Shown here: positions 16,837 to 25,370 of the stretch, piece by piece
Layout: every line of letters begins with the position of its first letter
Position numbering within the stretch: position 1 is the stretch's first letter
Virus record (IMG/VR): IMGVR_UViG_3300020042_000345
Location: 1-27,579 of that record
Direction: 5' to 3' (one strand)
DNA: 27,579 bases
Source of the DNA: a virus
Lineage: Duplodnaviria; Caudoviricetes
Notes under the pieces: model-generated
The model's input: only the letters and a program-made list of their open reading frames with translations
Databases searched by the model: none
Told to the model about the DNA's origin: nothing
Program-made: the position numbers and the translations under genes

Positions 16837-18045
16837 TCAACCCCACATGCGAACGGCCATTTGAGGACGAATCACACTGAAGCCGTACAGAACGTCGATA
16901 CGGCAGGGCATACGGTCGTTGTTGATGTCGTACTGGCGCACGATACGCAGGCTGATGCCGTTATGAACAGCGCGAGCAGCCATGTCAACGCCTTGGGGCA
17001 GCAACAGGTCGGCGGTTGCGAAAGTAATCGCGTCCTTGTGGTACACCAAGTTCTGAGCGTACTGGCTGGAAGCTGCACCCACAAACACCACGGCTTTGCC
17101 GTTTTGCGGCAGAACGTCCACGGTAGCCAGGGCGTGGTTGGCCGAGTACATCGGAGCCACGGTAATGTTGCCAGCGCCAGAGCCGTTCAGAGTCACATCA
17201 GCCACAGCCACAAACTGGAACAGCGAGCCGGTGGACTCACGGGTCTGTGGGTTCACAGCAAAGCAGTCAGCCACAGTGAACACATCGCCGATCTTCACGG
17301 TGCCTGCTGCCCCAGCGCCAGTGATGGCAATGGTCGTAGCACCTTCAGCGGTCACAGCAGCAGACAAGGTGCCGCCAGTAGCGGTACGCGAGCCGGTGGT
17401 GAACTGCTTGATCGACTGAGACATGTTGATCTCGTCGTAGCCCAGCACGCCAGTGCCCATCATGCCGTTCTTGAACTGCTTGCTGATGGTGTCGGTGGGG
17501 TTGAACAAACCTTTCATGCCTTCAACCAAACCAGCGTTGGCCGCAGGGTTGACGGTGGCGTAGCGAGGCGACATCACAGCGGCGTTCTCGTTTAGCTTCT
17601 GCTGGGCTTGCAACAGCACCAAAGAAGTCGAAGGAGTGGTGCCGGGAGTGCCGACGGTGTTGCCGATGTATTTGTAGCTGTTTGCCACATCAGCATCGAT
17701 GCTGGAGGCCAACTGGCTGATACGTGGCTTGAGCACACGCTCTGCGAAGTCGTCCAACTGCATGGTCAACTCAGCGGAGGTGAAGTTCACGCCGATGTGC
17801 TTCTGGCTGGAGACAGTCAGAGTGGTGAACTGCTCGTTGTCGTCCTGAACTTGCAGGGCGGCACCGTCAGTCACCAGAGCGCGGTCGGGCAGACGGATAC
17901 GCAGGGTAGAACCAATCTTGGCACCTTCAACAGCAAAACTGTCGTCGTACTGACGGTTCACGTTACGGGTGATCACAAGGTTGTTCTCCAGAATTTCCAG
18001 AGCTTTCCGTGTGATCATGTCAATGGTAAGAATGCTATTCGCCAT
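16837..18045 (-). CDS. Major capsid protein, P22 gp5 (coat) family
   Basis: 402 aa with 'MANSILTIDMITRKALEILENNL', 'KIGSTLRIRLP', 'NLVYHKDAITFATADL' and 'CRIDVLYG...RP'. Follows the scaffold gene. Confidence 0.93.
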   Translation of the reverse strand: MANSILTIDMITRKALEILENNLVITRNVNRQYDDSFAVEGAKIGSTLRIRLPDRALVTDGAALQVQDDNEQFTTLTVSSQKHIGVNFTSAELTMQLDDFAERVLKPRISQLASSIDADVANSYKYIGNTVGTPGTTPSTSLVLLQAQQKLNENAAVMSPRYATVNPAANAGLVEGMKGLFNPTDTISKQFKNGMMGTGVLGYDEINMSQSIKQFTTGSRTATGGTLSAAVTAEGATTIAITGAGAAGTVKIGDVFTVADCFAVNPQTRESTGSLFQFVAVADVTLNGSGAGNITVAPMYSANHALATVDVLPQNGKAVVFVGAASSQYAQNLVYHKDAITFATADLLLPQGVDMAARAVHNGISLRIVRQYDINNDRMPCRIDVLYGFSVIRPQMAVRMWG

Positions 18046-18065
18046 GATGCGAGTCCTTTAAAAAT

Positions 18066-18845
18066 TTAGCGGTTAAGTTGTGCTTGCAGCTTCTTCATCT
18101 GTCGGGCACGTTCAGCTTCAATCCATTCCGATGTACTCATGGCCTTCACAGAGCGAGGGTCAGTCGTGTCGTAAGACGGGTTGCCGCTGGTCCGTGCTGT
18201 CACAGGTGTGATCGGCGCAGGCGCAGACGTAGTTGGTTTCACGGAAGGGTTGGAGCCAATCTTGGCCTCAATCTTTCCAATCTCTCGGGCCTGCATGAGA
18301 GGTGACAAGCGGGAAATGCGATCAGCTTCTTTCGGGTTGCTGCCCAGCCAATAGGCTAAGTCCGGCCCCACATCAGATGCCTTGATTGTCTCGGCCATCG
18401 CGTCAGTGACTCGAAGCTGGGGGTTGTAGGCGACTTGTTCAAAGTCGTCATACTTGGCCCTGGCTTCTTCCTCACGGTCGTGATAAGCCTCGTTAACCGC
18501 AGATTGCTGTTTCTGGTAGTCACGCTGCGCGATCATTTCTTCGGCTTTTCTGACAGCCAGCGCTTCCGCGTAGGCATCAGCAGACTCAAAATTCTCGATA
18601 GGCGGGACTTCCGTCCTAACCACGGGTTGGGTGGTTCTAGCTTGCTGCTCACGTTCCCATTTGCGCTGCTCCCTAGCAAGGCGCTTGCTGATCATCGCGT
18701 CGATTTCGGCCTGGGAGAATTTCTTTTCCTCGGGCGTTTCGACTTGACTATCAGCTACTTCCGGCGCGATCTGTGCAGTGTCCGTGGTGGCCGTCACCTC
18801 GGCTGCTGGCGCGGTGTCAACTACCGCTAAGTTTTCTTCGTTCAT
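18066..18845 (-). CDS. Capsid scaffolding protein
   Basis: Acidic, helical 259 aa with 'FSQAEIDAMISKRLAREQRK', 'GPDLAYWLGSNP.EA.RI' and a C-terminal 'MSTSEWIEAER' helix. Directly before the coat gene. Confidence 0.85.
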   Translation of the reverse strand: MNEENLAVVDTAPAAEVTATTDTAQIAPEVADSQVETPEEKKFSQAEIDAMISKRLAREQRKWEREQQARTTQPVVRTEVPPIENFESADAYAEALAVRKAEEMIAQRDYQKQQSAVNEAYHDREEEARAKYDDFEQVAYNPQLRVTDAMAETIKASDVGPDLAYWLGSNPKEADRISRLSPLMQAREIGKIEAKIGSNPSVKPTTSAPAPITPVTARTSGNPSYDTTDPRSVKAMSTSEWIEAERARQMKKLQAQLNR

Positions 18846-18904
18846 GGTGTTTCGTTAGAAACCCCGGTCTACTGGGCCGGTACAGTGGTTTATCTTACAG
18901 CAAA

Positions 18905-20398
18905 TTATGCAAAGTTTGGCATTGAAACCCAAGTAGCGGGGAAAAACGACACGGCAGCGCCCGCTACAGATGCAGATGCAACCCCACTCAGCGTGATTGT
19001 GGTTCCTGAGATTCCAGTTATGATTTGACCCGTCACAGCGCCTGCAACACTTATGTATTGCCCGTACTTCAAATCAACCGCACTGTTAACAAAAAGAGTT
19101 GAAGTGTTAATGTCGATTGCTCCAGTAACGCCCACCAAAGTTCCCATTGTGCCATCAGCACTGCACATATAGCCCATTCGCTGACCAGTGGCAACAGTAG
19201 ACGTATTCCAAACAATAGCGCCCTTACGGTACGACCCAGAACTAGGGGTAGCAGACGTTCCCTCTGCTTCTTTGTTTAAAATTTGCTGTGTTCCTTGGTT
19301 GTCCGTAGAAATTAAACCATACGCAAGGGGCGTATAGTTTAAAATATTTCCATTTAGCAGAGTTGGCGCTTGCGGAAAGGTAAAAATAATTCCGTCGGAA
19401 TCAACCGACATATTTGGCCCACCGGGAGCGTAATTACCAGTGTTAATAAATGTATTGGCCCTTGTATCCGTTGTCTTGATAAAAGTTAAGTCTGTAAAGT
19501 CGGTATATCCATGTGTCCAAGTACCTTGAGCACAAGCCGTAAGATCAGCGGCAATTTCGTTAGGCACTGGAGAGTCAAAATATGGAACTATGACCGCCCA
19601 TCCAATAGAACGCAACCATCTGATATCAAAATTTAATAGGGCGAATGAAGGGTAATAATAGCTGTTTGAATACTGATAGTCAGTACCATAAATGCCGTAA
19701 ACTGTAAATCCAGCGGCATTTGCGGCAGCTAGGAACGGGCACGCATAGTCACCACCAAAGATGGCATTTGCGTTGAAGAAGTTTCCTACTGTTCCATTTG
19801 AGCGCACATAGAAACCGTATTGCGGCCCTCTGCAAACGCCCATTGTGATCTTGTTAAATAGACTGCTTCCAATGCCGTTAGGTGTAAAGGCAACACCGTA
19901 CTTAAATCCTCCGTAAATATACGGAAACTCAATTTCACAGTTTGAGACTGTTCCGTCAAAAATTACAGCATAGGCGTTATTGGCGTATTGTTGCGAAACT
20001 GGGCCATTGATTCTCGGGCCTTTAATCACTACGTCAAACATTCCTGTAGCGCCAAGATTATTAAATCTCAAAACAGACTTTGTGTTATCTGTTTGAGTAA
20101 TCGTCCCATTGAATATCAACTGGCTTTTACTTACCTCGGTAACGCCTGCTTGAGGGTATTGAAGTACATCATTTATGTTGTACTGTCCATCAGGCATTAT
20201 CCATGACTTGTTTGAAATGAAAGCGCCGCCAGTAGACGCAGCATTTAAACTTGCTTGAATGGCCGCTGTAATTTCAGCAGGGGTGACCGAACCATAGGTT
20301 CCGGTCTGCACAGCAGCAATTTGTGCTGGGGTCATGTAATCAAAGACGCTTATAGGAGCGCCATCAATCATTGAGTTGGAGACTTTGGTAAGAGGCAT
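18905..20398 (-). CDS. Tailspike / receptor-binding protein, probable beta-helix depolymerase
   Basis: Short N-terminal 'MPLTKVSNSMIDGAPISVFDY', 'TAAIQASLNAA...IMPDGQYNI' (typical beta-helix entry), Asn/Gly-rich body and 'GSYRKGAIVWNT' C-terminal module. DNA is visibly AT-richer than its flanks. Confidence 0.78.
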   Translation of the reverse strand: MPLTKVSNSMIDGAPISVFDYMTPAQIAAVQTGTYGSVTPAEITAAIQASLNAASTGGAFISNKSWIMPDGQYNINDVLQYPQAGVTEVSKSQLIFNGTITQTDNTKSVLRFNNLGATGMFDVVIKGPRINGPVSQQYANNAYAVIFDGTVSNCEIEFPYIYGGFKYGVAFTPNGIGSSLFNKITMGVCRGPQYGFYVRSNGTVGNFFNANAIFGGDYACPFLAAANAAGFTVYGIYGTDYQYSNSYYYPSFALLNFDIRWLRSIGWAVIVPYFDSPVPNEIAADLTACAQGTWTHGYTDFTDLTFIKTTDTRANTFINTGNYAPGGPNMSVDSDGIIFTFPQAPTLLNGNILNYTPLAYGLISTDNQGTQQILNKEAEGTSATPSSGSYRKGAIVWNTSTVATGQRMGYMCSADGTMGTLVGVTGAIDINTSTLFVNSAVDLKYGQYISVAGAVTGQIITGISGTTITLSGVASASVAGAAVSFFPATWVSMPNFA

Positions 20399-20405
20399 TT
20401 GTTTC

Positions 20406-20678
20406 TCAGCTATTTAACTCAGCAACCAATGATTGCTTTATTGAATTGATTAGCGCAGCGCCGCTTTCGGTAATCCAACGCTCTAAATCCTCATTGGTGA
20501 CATTTTCAAAGGGGATAAACTGATTTTTATCCGCTAGCGACAAACCATAAGTTGTTACGCGGCTAACGGCGCGGGTGTCATTACTAATTTTCAATTCAAA
20601 ATCTACTTGTTTGATTACTTTTTTGAGATCGTCTTGATCTATAACCAAAACTGGGCTAAAGTTCCATTCGAAGTTCAT
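20406..20678 (-). CDS. Small fibre-associated protein (possible chaperone or tip)
   Basis: 90 aa with 'FIPFENVTNEDLERWI', directly after the fibre gene; AT-rich. Confidence 0.6.
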   Translation of the reverse strand: MNFEWNFSPVLVIDQDDLKKVIKQVDFELKISNDTRAVSRVTTYGLSLADKNQFIPFENVTNEDLERWITESGAALINSIKQSLVAELNS

Positions 20679-20690
20679 AATGATTCTCCT

Positions 20691-21806
20691 TTAAACTGGA
20701 TCGGTTACGGCGCTAATAAAGTCGCCAAGCAAACAAATAGCTACAGCAGCCCCCCAACTTGCACCACTGACAAAGCTAATCACGCTGCTGTCTGCCGATT
20801 TGTAAATGCCTAGCTCAGAAGCACCGGGCGAATTGGACGCCACAAAACTTCTTGCGCCTACAGACGCTGAAACGATGTTGATCGTGGTGTTTTTGTATGA
20901 GCAAAATACTAACGCTCCACCACCGCCACTACCCTCAGAAATTACAAACGCCCACGCAAGACCTGATCCTGGCGTTATGGTGAATGTTGTGCTATTTCCC
21001 GGAGTAAAATAAGTTTGCAATCCAACGCTTTGGATTTTGGTTGTGGTTGCCGTTTTTTGCGAGGTAACTTGACTTGTCGTAACAAGTGAAGTTCCTGTAG
21101 CAGCGCCGATAACGGGAGTAACCAACGTGGGGCTAGTTGCCAGCACGTTGTTACCAGTGCCTGTGTTGGTGACGCTAACGATCTCTTTGCTTGCGTTTAG
21201 CGCCAGCGCAGTCGAGGCTGTTAAACCTGACAATGTGGTTGTGCTGCTTATTCCAACAGTTCCAACAACATCAAGTTTGTGTGCTGGACTTATTGTGCCA
21301 ACACCAACACGGCTGTTTGTTGCGTCTGTATAGAACAGATTTGCATCTGTATCGCCTTCAATACGCACGTTAAAAATAGCACCGATCTCGTTAATCACAA
21401 GATTGGTCGTACCGATAATCATTTTCTCAGTCAATGCGCCAGCAGTTGCAGTTTCGAAATGAATCTGGCCCTGTTCAGCGGTTGACGTTGGGCTAAGAAT
21501 AGATGCGTGAATTAAACCGTAGGCTTGTTTGTTGCCTGCTGAATCTTCACCATTGAACTCAATCTCGCCAAGTGTGTCAGATGCCGCTGGTGTTGCTGAG
21601 TCTCTGTACAACTCAAGTAATGGAGCGGCTGCTGCACCAGCATCGGTTGATGTTAGGGTCATGCCCGAAGCATCAAAAGATCGGCCAGCGGTCAAGTTAG
21701 ATACAGCAACTTTGACCGTTGCGCCGCCTTGAACAATCGGCAACACCTCGGTGCCAGCAAGCGGAGTCGTTGACGGGGGGAGTGCTGAGATTTTGGTATC
21801 GGCCAT
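20691..21806 (-). CDS. Fibre protein (tail or head fibre)
   Basis: N-terminal 'MADTKISALP...LAGTEVLPIVQGGATVKV', fibre-type segments 'RVGVGTISPAHKLDVVG' and 'TGTGNNVLATSPTLVTP'; Thr/Ser/Gly-rich. Confidence 0.78.
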   Translation of the reverse strand: MADTKISALPPSTTPLAGTEVLPIVQGGATVKVAVSNLTAGRSFDASGMTLTSTDAGAAAAPLLELYRDSATPAASDTLGEIEFNGEDSAGNKQAYGLIHASILSPTSTAEQGQIHFETATAGALTEKMIIGTTNLVINEIGAIFNVRIEGDTDANLFYTDATNSRVGVGTISPAHKLDVVGTVGISSTTTLSGLTASTALALNASKEIVSVTNTGTGNNVLATSPTLVTPVIGAATGTSLVTTSQVTSQKTATTTKIQSVGLQTYFTPGNSTTFTITPGSGLAWAFVISEGSGGGGALVFCSYKNTTINIVSASVGARSFVASNSPGASELGIYKSADSSVISFVSGASWGAAVAICLLGDFISAVTDPV

Positions 21807-21815
21807 GATTGTTCC

Positions 21816-22322
21816 TTAGACGTAATTGACTTCGATTGACGAAGTAACTGGAGGTGCTTGAGAGAAGGTGAGAACAGCGCCAGCAAGGCTGTACGTGTTT
21901 TTTTGCTGGTACACGCCGTTGATGTACACGTTGGTGGCGTTCTCGCCTGCGGGGGTGCTTGCCAGCGTAAACGCAACAGTGGAGCCGTTGCCGGTAAAGT
22001 TTGCAATGATTGCGATAGCGTTGAAGCTGCTGCCCACATTGTCGTAGGTGGCAATCAGAACGCCAGTGCTGGTTTCAAGCACAAATTTATAAAACGTTGC
22101 CGCAAGAATCCAAATCTCGCCGCCGCTAGGCACCCGGCCAGCAGCATTCAACACAATGGGGTTGGTGTGCGCGGTGTTGCCAGACGACGAGGTGTACGAA
22201 GCTTGCGGCGTTGTTGTGCCAGCTTGGTAGGTGTAAATTTTGCCGCCAGTCAGCACATTGCCGCTGTTGTCAAAAAATTGAGCACCAACGCCGCCAAAGG
22301 CTGAAAGCGATACTGCGGGCAT
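21816..22322 (-). CDS. Tailspike attachment/adaptor protein lacking a receptor-binding domain
   Basis: N-terminal ~95 aa 'QFFDNSGNVLTGGKIYTYQAGTTTP...NPIVLNAAGR' resembles P22-type particle-binding domains. C-terminal 'FTGNGSTVAFTL...VYINGVYQ...YSL.G..LTFSQAPP' small beta module, then stop. Confidence 0.7.
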   Translation of the reverse strand: MPAVSLSAFGGVGAQFFDNSGNVLTGGKIYTYQAGTTTPQASYTSSSGNTAHTNPIVLNAAGRVPSGGEIWILAATFYKFVLETSTGVLIATYDNVGSSFNAIAIIANFTGNGSTVAFTLASTPAGENATNVYINGVYQQKNTYSLAGAVLTFSQAPPVTSSIEVNYV

Positions 22323-22325
22323 GTG

Positions 22326-22487
22326 TTACTCCAACAAAATCAAACCACCGTCCTCTTGGACGAGGTTGTCACCGGACTCGGTAAGAAGGTTGCTCTGGGC
22401 CTGCTCGCTCCCACGCCCGCCAAACAGCGAGATGATGCCGCCCAGCCCAAGGCCGACGGCGTTGCGAAAGGCTACACCGAAGCTCAT
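22326..22487 (-). CDS. 53-aa micro-protein with GLGLG segment and triple LxxExG tail (not in the ORF track)
   Basis: ATGA-coupled to the upstream gene. Reads MSFGVAFRNAVGLGLGGIISLFGGRGSEQAQSNLLTESGDNLVQEDGGLILLE and fills the gap exactly. Confidence 0.8.
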   Translation of the reverse strand: MSFGVAFRNAVGLGLGGIISLFGGRGSEQAQSNLLTESGDNLVQEDGGLILLE

Positions 22488-22792
22488 TGCTTGTTGATCG
22501 GTTTGGCGTAAGCAGTGCCGTCCGTGCTGCCAATCCGGATCACGCTAACGCGCCAGGGAGCGCCGCTGGTGTTCAGGGGCACCACAAACGGAATGGGCGT
22601 AAAGGATGGGATCGGAGTGCTGGCGCTGGTAGCCACGGCCCCAACGCCCACCTGAACGTAGCATGGCACTTCAGACCACACCACCACACCTTGCGGGCCA
22701 GCGCCCCATGCAGTCGTGTTGCCCGCAGAGGCACCGGCAGTTGCGGAGTAAGCGGGGAAATCCGCTTGGCTCATTGGGTTGAGGAGTTCCAT
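22484..22792 (-). CDS. Small beta-rich virion protein (candidate vertex spike base)
   Basis: 102 aa, AAGGA RBS, small jelly-roll-like strand pattern 'VVVWSEVPCYVQVG..AVAT..STPIP'. Confidence 0.65.
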   Translation of the reverse strand: MELLNPMSQADFPAYSATAGASAGNTTAWGAGPQGVVVWSEVPCYVQVGVGAVATSASTPIPSFTPIPFVVPLNTSGAPWRVSVIRIGSTDGTAYAKPINKQ

Positions 22793-22801
22793 GATGTGTC
22801 C

Positions 22802-23167
22802 TTATGCCAGGAATTTGAGCTTATACAGAGTTCTCAAATATATCTCAACGATATTATCGATCAACTGCTGCAACGTAGAGTCTTCTTTTTTCGCCACCTT
22901 GTAGCGCATCTCCTCGACCTCGGCCAGCGATGCCTCAAGGAACTCGGTGATGTTGGTCGTCTTCTTGGCCGAGTGCAAGGTGATGGGGCCAATCAGCCCG
23001 TGACGGCCTTGGTAGGTCTCGGCAAAGTCGTCAGCCGCGCCAATGATGCGATCATAGAAGATGTTGAGCGCTTGGTGCTTGGAGTAGCTGCGCGTGTTCA
23101 GATGCACCGAGTGGGCCACATCTCGGGCCAAGAACAAGAGGCCCATGAAGTCTGCTGCGGTGCTCAT
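22802..23167 (-). CDS. Ferritin/Dps-like four-helix bundle protein
   Basis: 'AHSVHLNTRSYSKHQALNIFYDRIIGAADDFAETYQG' matches the Dps-like H..H...H...D..E ligand spacing. Ends 'LIDNIVEIYLRTLYKLKFL'. Confidence 0.72.
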   Translation of the reverse strand: MSTAADFMGLLFLARDVAHSVHLNTRSYSKHQALNIFYDRIIGAADDFAETYQGRHGLIGPITLHSAKKTTNITEFLEASLAEVEEMRYKVAKKEDSTLQQLIDNIVEIYLRTLYKLKFLA

Positions 23168-25368
23168 TGCATAGCTCCTTCAGGTGGCATCATCGGGGGC
23201 TGCTCCATCATCTCAGGCTGGTCCATCATCATCTCAGGCGGCGGCTGTTGGGGCATCTGCGAGATCATGTCGTTGCTCTCCATTGCCGCTGCAACCACGC
23301 CCATAGCGATGTCTTGAATCTGCTGCTCGGTCATGCCCGCTTGCACGGCGCTGATGCGCTGAGTCTCCGCCTGGTACGCCTTGATGTCGGCCTCAAACTC
23401 TTTGATCGCCAAGTCGCGGGCTTCCATCGACTTCTGCACGTTCTGGAGCATCCCAGACATCTGCTGCATCTCTTGGTTCATGGCCTCCATCTGCTGCTTG
23501 GCCGCAGCCAGCGCCGGATTGTCCTCGTCGTCACCCAAGATTGATGGGTCGATGACCTTGGCAAACCGCTGAGACATCTCTTGGGCACCCGGCCAGTCCA
23601 TGTTTTTGATGAACAGGTCGCCAGCGACTTTCCACAGGTCAGGGTTGCCTTGCAGCAACTGGGCCATTGCTTCCAGCGACTCTTGGCGTTTGGTGGCAAA
23701 GCCTGGGCCGGTAATGACCATGACATCGTACTTGCCGACGCCAGGGTTGTAGATTTTCTCGATGACGATGCCCTGCTCGTTTCTGATTTTCTTGACCGGC
23801 TCGGCCTGCATCGGGTTGATTTTGATCATCTTGGACTCGCCGTCCTCACCCACGATCCGGGCAATACGCTCGGTGTCGTAGATTTTGGGGATCAAGTCGA
23901 TCAGTTGCCGCCCGATGTAGCGGATGAACCGGGCGTAGTTGTCCACGTAGTGGTACGTGCCGGTGTCCGACTCTTTTTGCCGCGCTAAGATGGCCCTGCC
24001 ACTGCGCTCGTTCGATGTCATGCCCAGCGCAGCGTTGTACTGGCCGGTGGACGCTTTGATGTCGTCAGACGCGCCAGCCTTGGCTTGCAGCAGGCCGCTG
24101 GAAGCCATTGGTGGCTGTGCTCGCTGGGGTAGTGGCAGCGTGTTGCCTGCGCCGTCTGTAACGTCTGGGTTGACCTCCAGATACGGCCAGTTAGTCGTGT
24201 TGGCTGTCTTCCACTGGGTCTCGTAGCCCTCAAACTGACCGCCATAGCCGATGAACGGAGCCTTGGGGGCCAGCGCCAGCATCTCGGCTTCTTGGCTGAC
24301 CCAGTAGTTGTACATGCGCTGCGCGTCCTTGGCGTTACGCACGATGCCGCTGACGTACAAGCGGCCTTCAACCTCAAACTCGTTGCCCACGCAGCGGATC
24401 ACGGGGATGTGTGCGCCTGCCCAGTCGGAGCGCTCCAAAATCTCGTAGCCGTTGATCTTGAGCCACTTGACCTTCTTGCGGTCGGCCTTGCGCGACTTGA
24501 CCGGCTTGCCAAACATGCCCTTGAGCATCTTGTCCTCGGGCGTGCCCGCGAACGCGGTCTGGTTGCCGGGGTACAGGTTCAGCGTTTGCTTTTCGTAGTC
24601 AACGTAGAAATACTCGGCGATCCGCACCGTGTTCTCGTTCATCCACTGACTGAGCCCCTGGTCGCCTACGCCCAACGTCTGCATCGTTGACAGGGGCGCG
24701 GCGTCAGGGTACTGGCGCTCGTACTCGTCAAGGGGGATGTCCTCGGTGATGAAGCACCAGTTGGCATCTGAGCCGCACGGGTCTTGGATCAGCGGGTCCA
24801 TGTAGACCGAGAAGCTGTTGCGAATGCGCCCAATCTTGATGTCTTGATTGAACGTGTTGTCGTCGCAATACTCGGTCAAGATGCGGGCGTAGCCCTCACC
24901 GTAGGACACTTGATTCTCGCAGGCCGTGTCGTAGGCAACGTCAGCGTCCGACATGTACTCGATGTGCCGGATCATGCCGTTGAAGATTGTCGCCACCTCA
25001 ACGTCAGCGCCATCGTCTGCCGGAATGACCTTGGGTTGCGGCCTGTTTTGCCGCTGCTCGTTGGTCACTTGGTGAACGTGCTGCGGCAGCTTGTTGACCG
25101 TCAGGCACGGGCGGGCGTTGATGGTCTGACCCTGCACCGCGCCGCGAGTTGCCAGCACATCGGCGGGCCACTGCCACTGGTTGTCGGGCGAGCCGCCGTA
25201 GAACCGCAAGTCGTCTAGCTCGTCCTCACGCGACTCAGACAACGCAGAAATCGCCATGTCAAGGCGACTGCGTGCCGTCGATAGCACCTCGGAGTCGCTT
25301 TGGTCCTTGGCCGAGCCGCCGTCGCTAACTGCGCCAGCAGCGGCAATTCCTGTGTAGTCTTGGGGCAT
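23164..25368 (-). CDS. Portal protein, P22 gp1-like
   Basis: 734 aa with 'DDLRFYGG...QW', 'RPCLTVNKL', 'GIVRNAKDAQRMYNYW', 'SNERSGRAILARQ' and a Gln/Met-rich C-terminal barrel helix. Confidence 0.93.
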   Translation of the reverse strand: MPQDYTGIAAAGAVSDGGSAKDQSDSEVLSTARSRLDMAISALSESREDELDDLRFYGGSPDNQWQWPADVLATRGAVQGQTINARPCLTVNKLPQHVHQVTNEQRQNRPQPKVIPADDGADVEVATIFNGMIRHIEYMSDADVAYDTACENQVSYGEGYARILTEYCDDNTFNQDIKIGRIRNSFSVYMDPLIQDPCGSDANWCFITEDIPLDEYERQYPDAAPLSTMQTLGVGDQGLSQWMNENTVRIAEYFYVDYEKQTLNLYPGNQTAFAGTPEDKMLKGMFGKPVKSRKADRKKVKWLKINGYEILERSDWAGAHIPVIRCVGNEFEVEGRLYVSGIVRNAKDAQRMYNYWVSQEAEMLALAPKAPFIGYGGQFEGYETQWKTANTTNWPYLEVNPDVTDGAGNTLPLPQRAQPPMASSGLLQAKAGASDDIKASTGQYNAALGMTSNERSGRAILARQKESDTGTYHYVDNYARFIRYIGRQLIDLIPKIYDTERIARIVGEDGESKMIKINPMQAEPVKKIRNEQGIVIEKIYNPGVGKYDVMVITGPGFATKRQESLEAMAQLLQGNPDLWKVAGDLFIKNMDWPGAQEMSQRFAKVIDPSILGDDEDNPALAAAKQQMEAMNQEMQQMSGMLQNVQKSMEARDLAIKEFEADIKAYQAETQRISAVQAGMTEQQIQDIAMGVVAAAMESNDMISQMPQQPPPEMMMDQPEMMEQPPMMPPEGAMQ

Positions 25369-25370
25369 GA

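Noticed and set aside
16803-16845. Possible read-through or frameshift fusing the coat to the downstream decoration gene (T7 10A/10B style)
   Set aside because: The downstream gene is out of frame with the coat, and its own frame has a TAA in the 34-nt gap (CTA GCT CCG TAA).
18905-21806. Diversity-generating retroelement or invertible cassette acting on the fibre genes
   Set aside because: No reverse transcriptase, invertase, template/variable repeat pair or flanking inverted repeats seen in the window.
23167-23275. Repeated CCATCATCTCAGGC-like words at the portal 3' end
   Set aside because: They simply encode the low-complexity Met/Pro/Gln tail (PEMMMDQPEMMEQPP).
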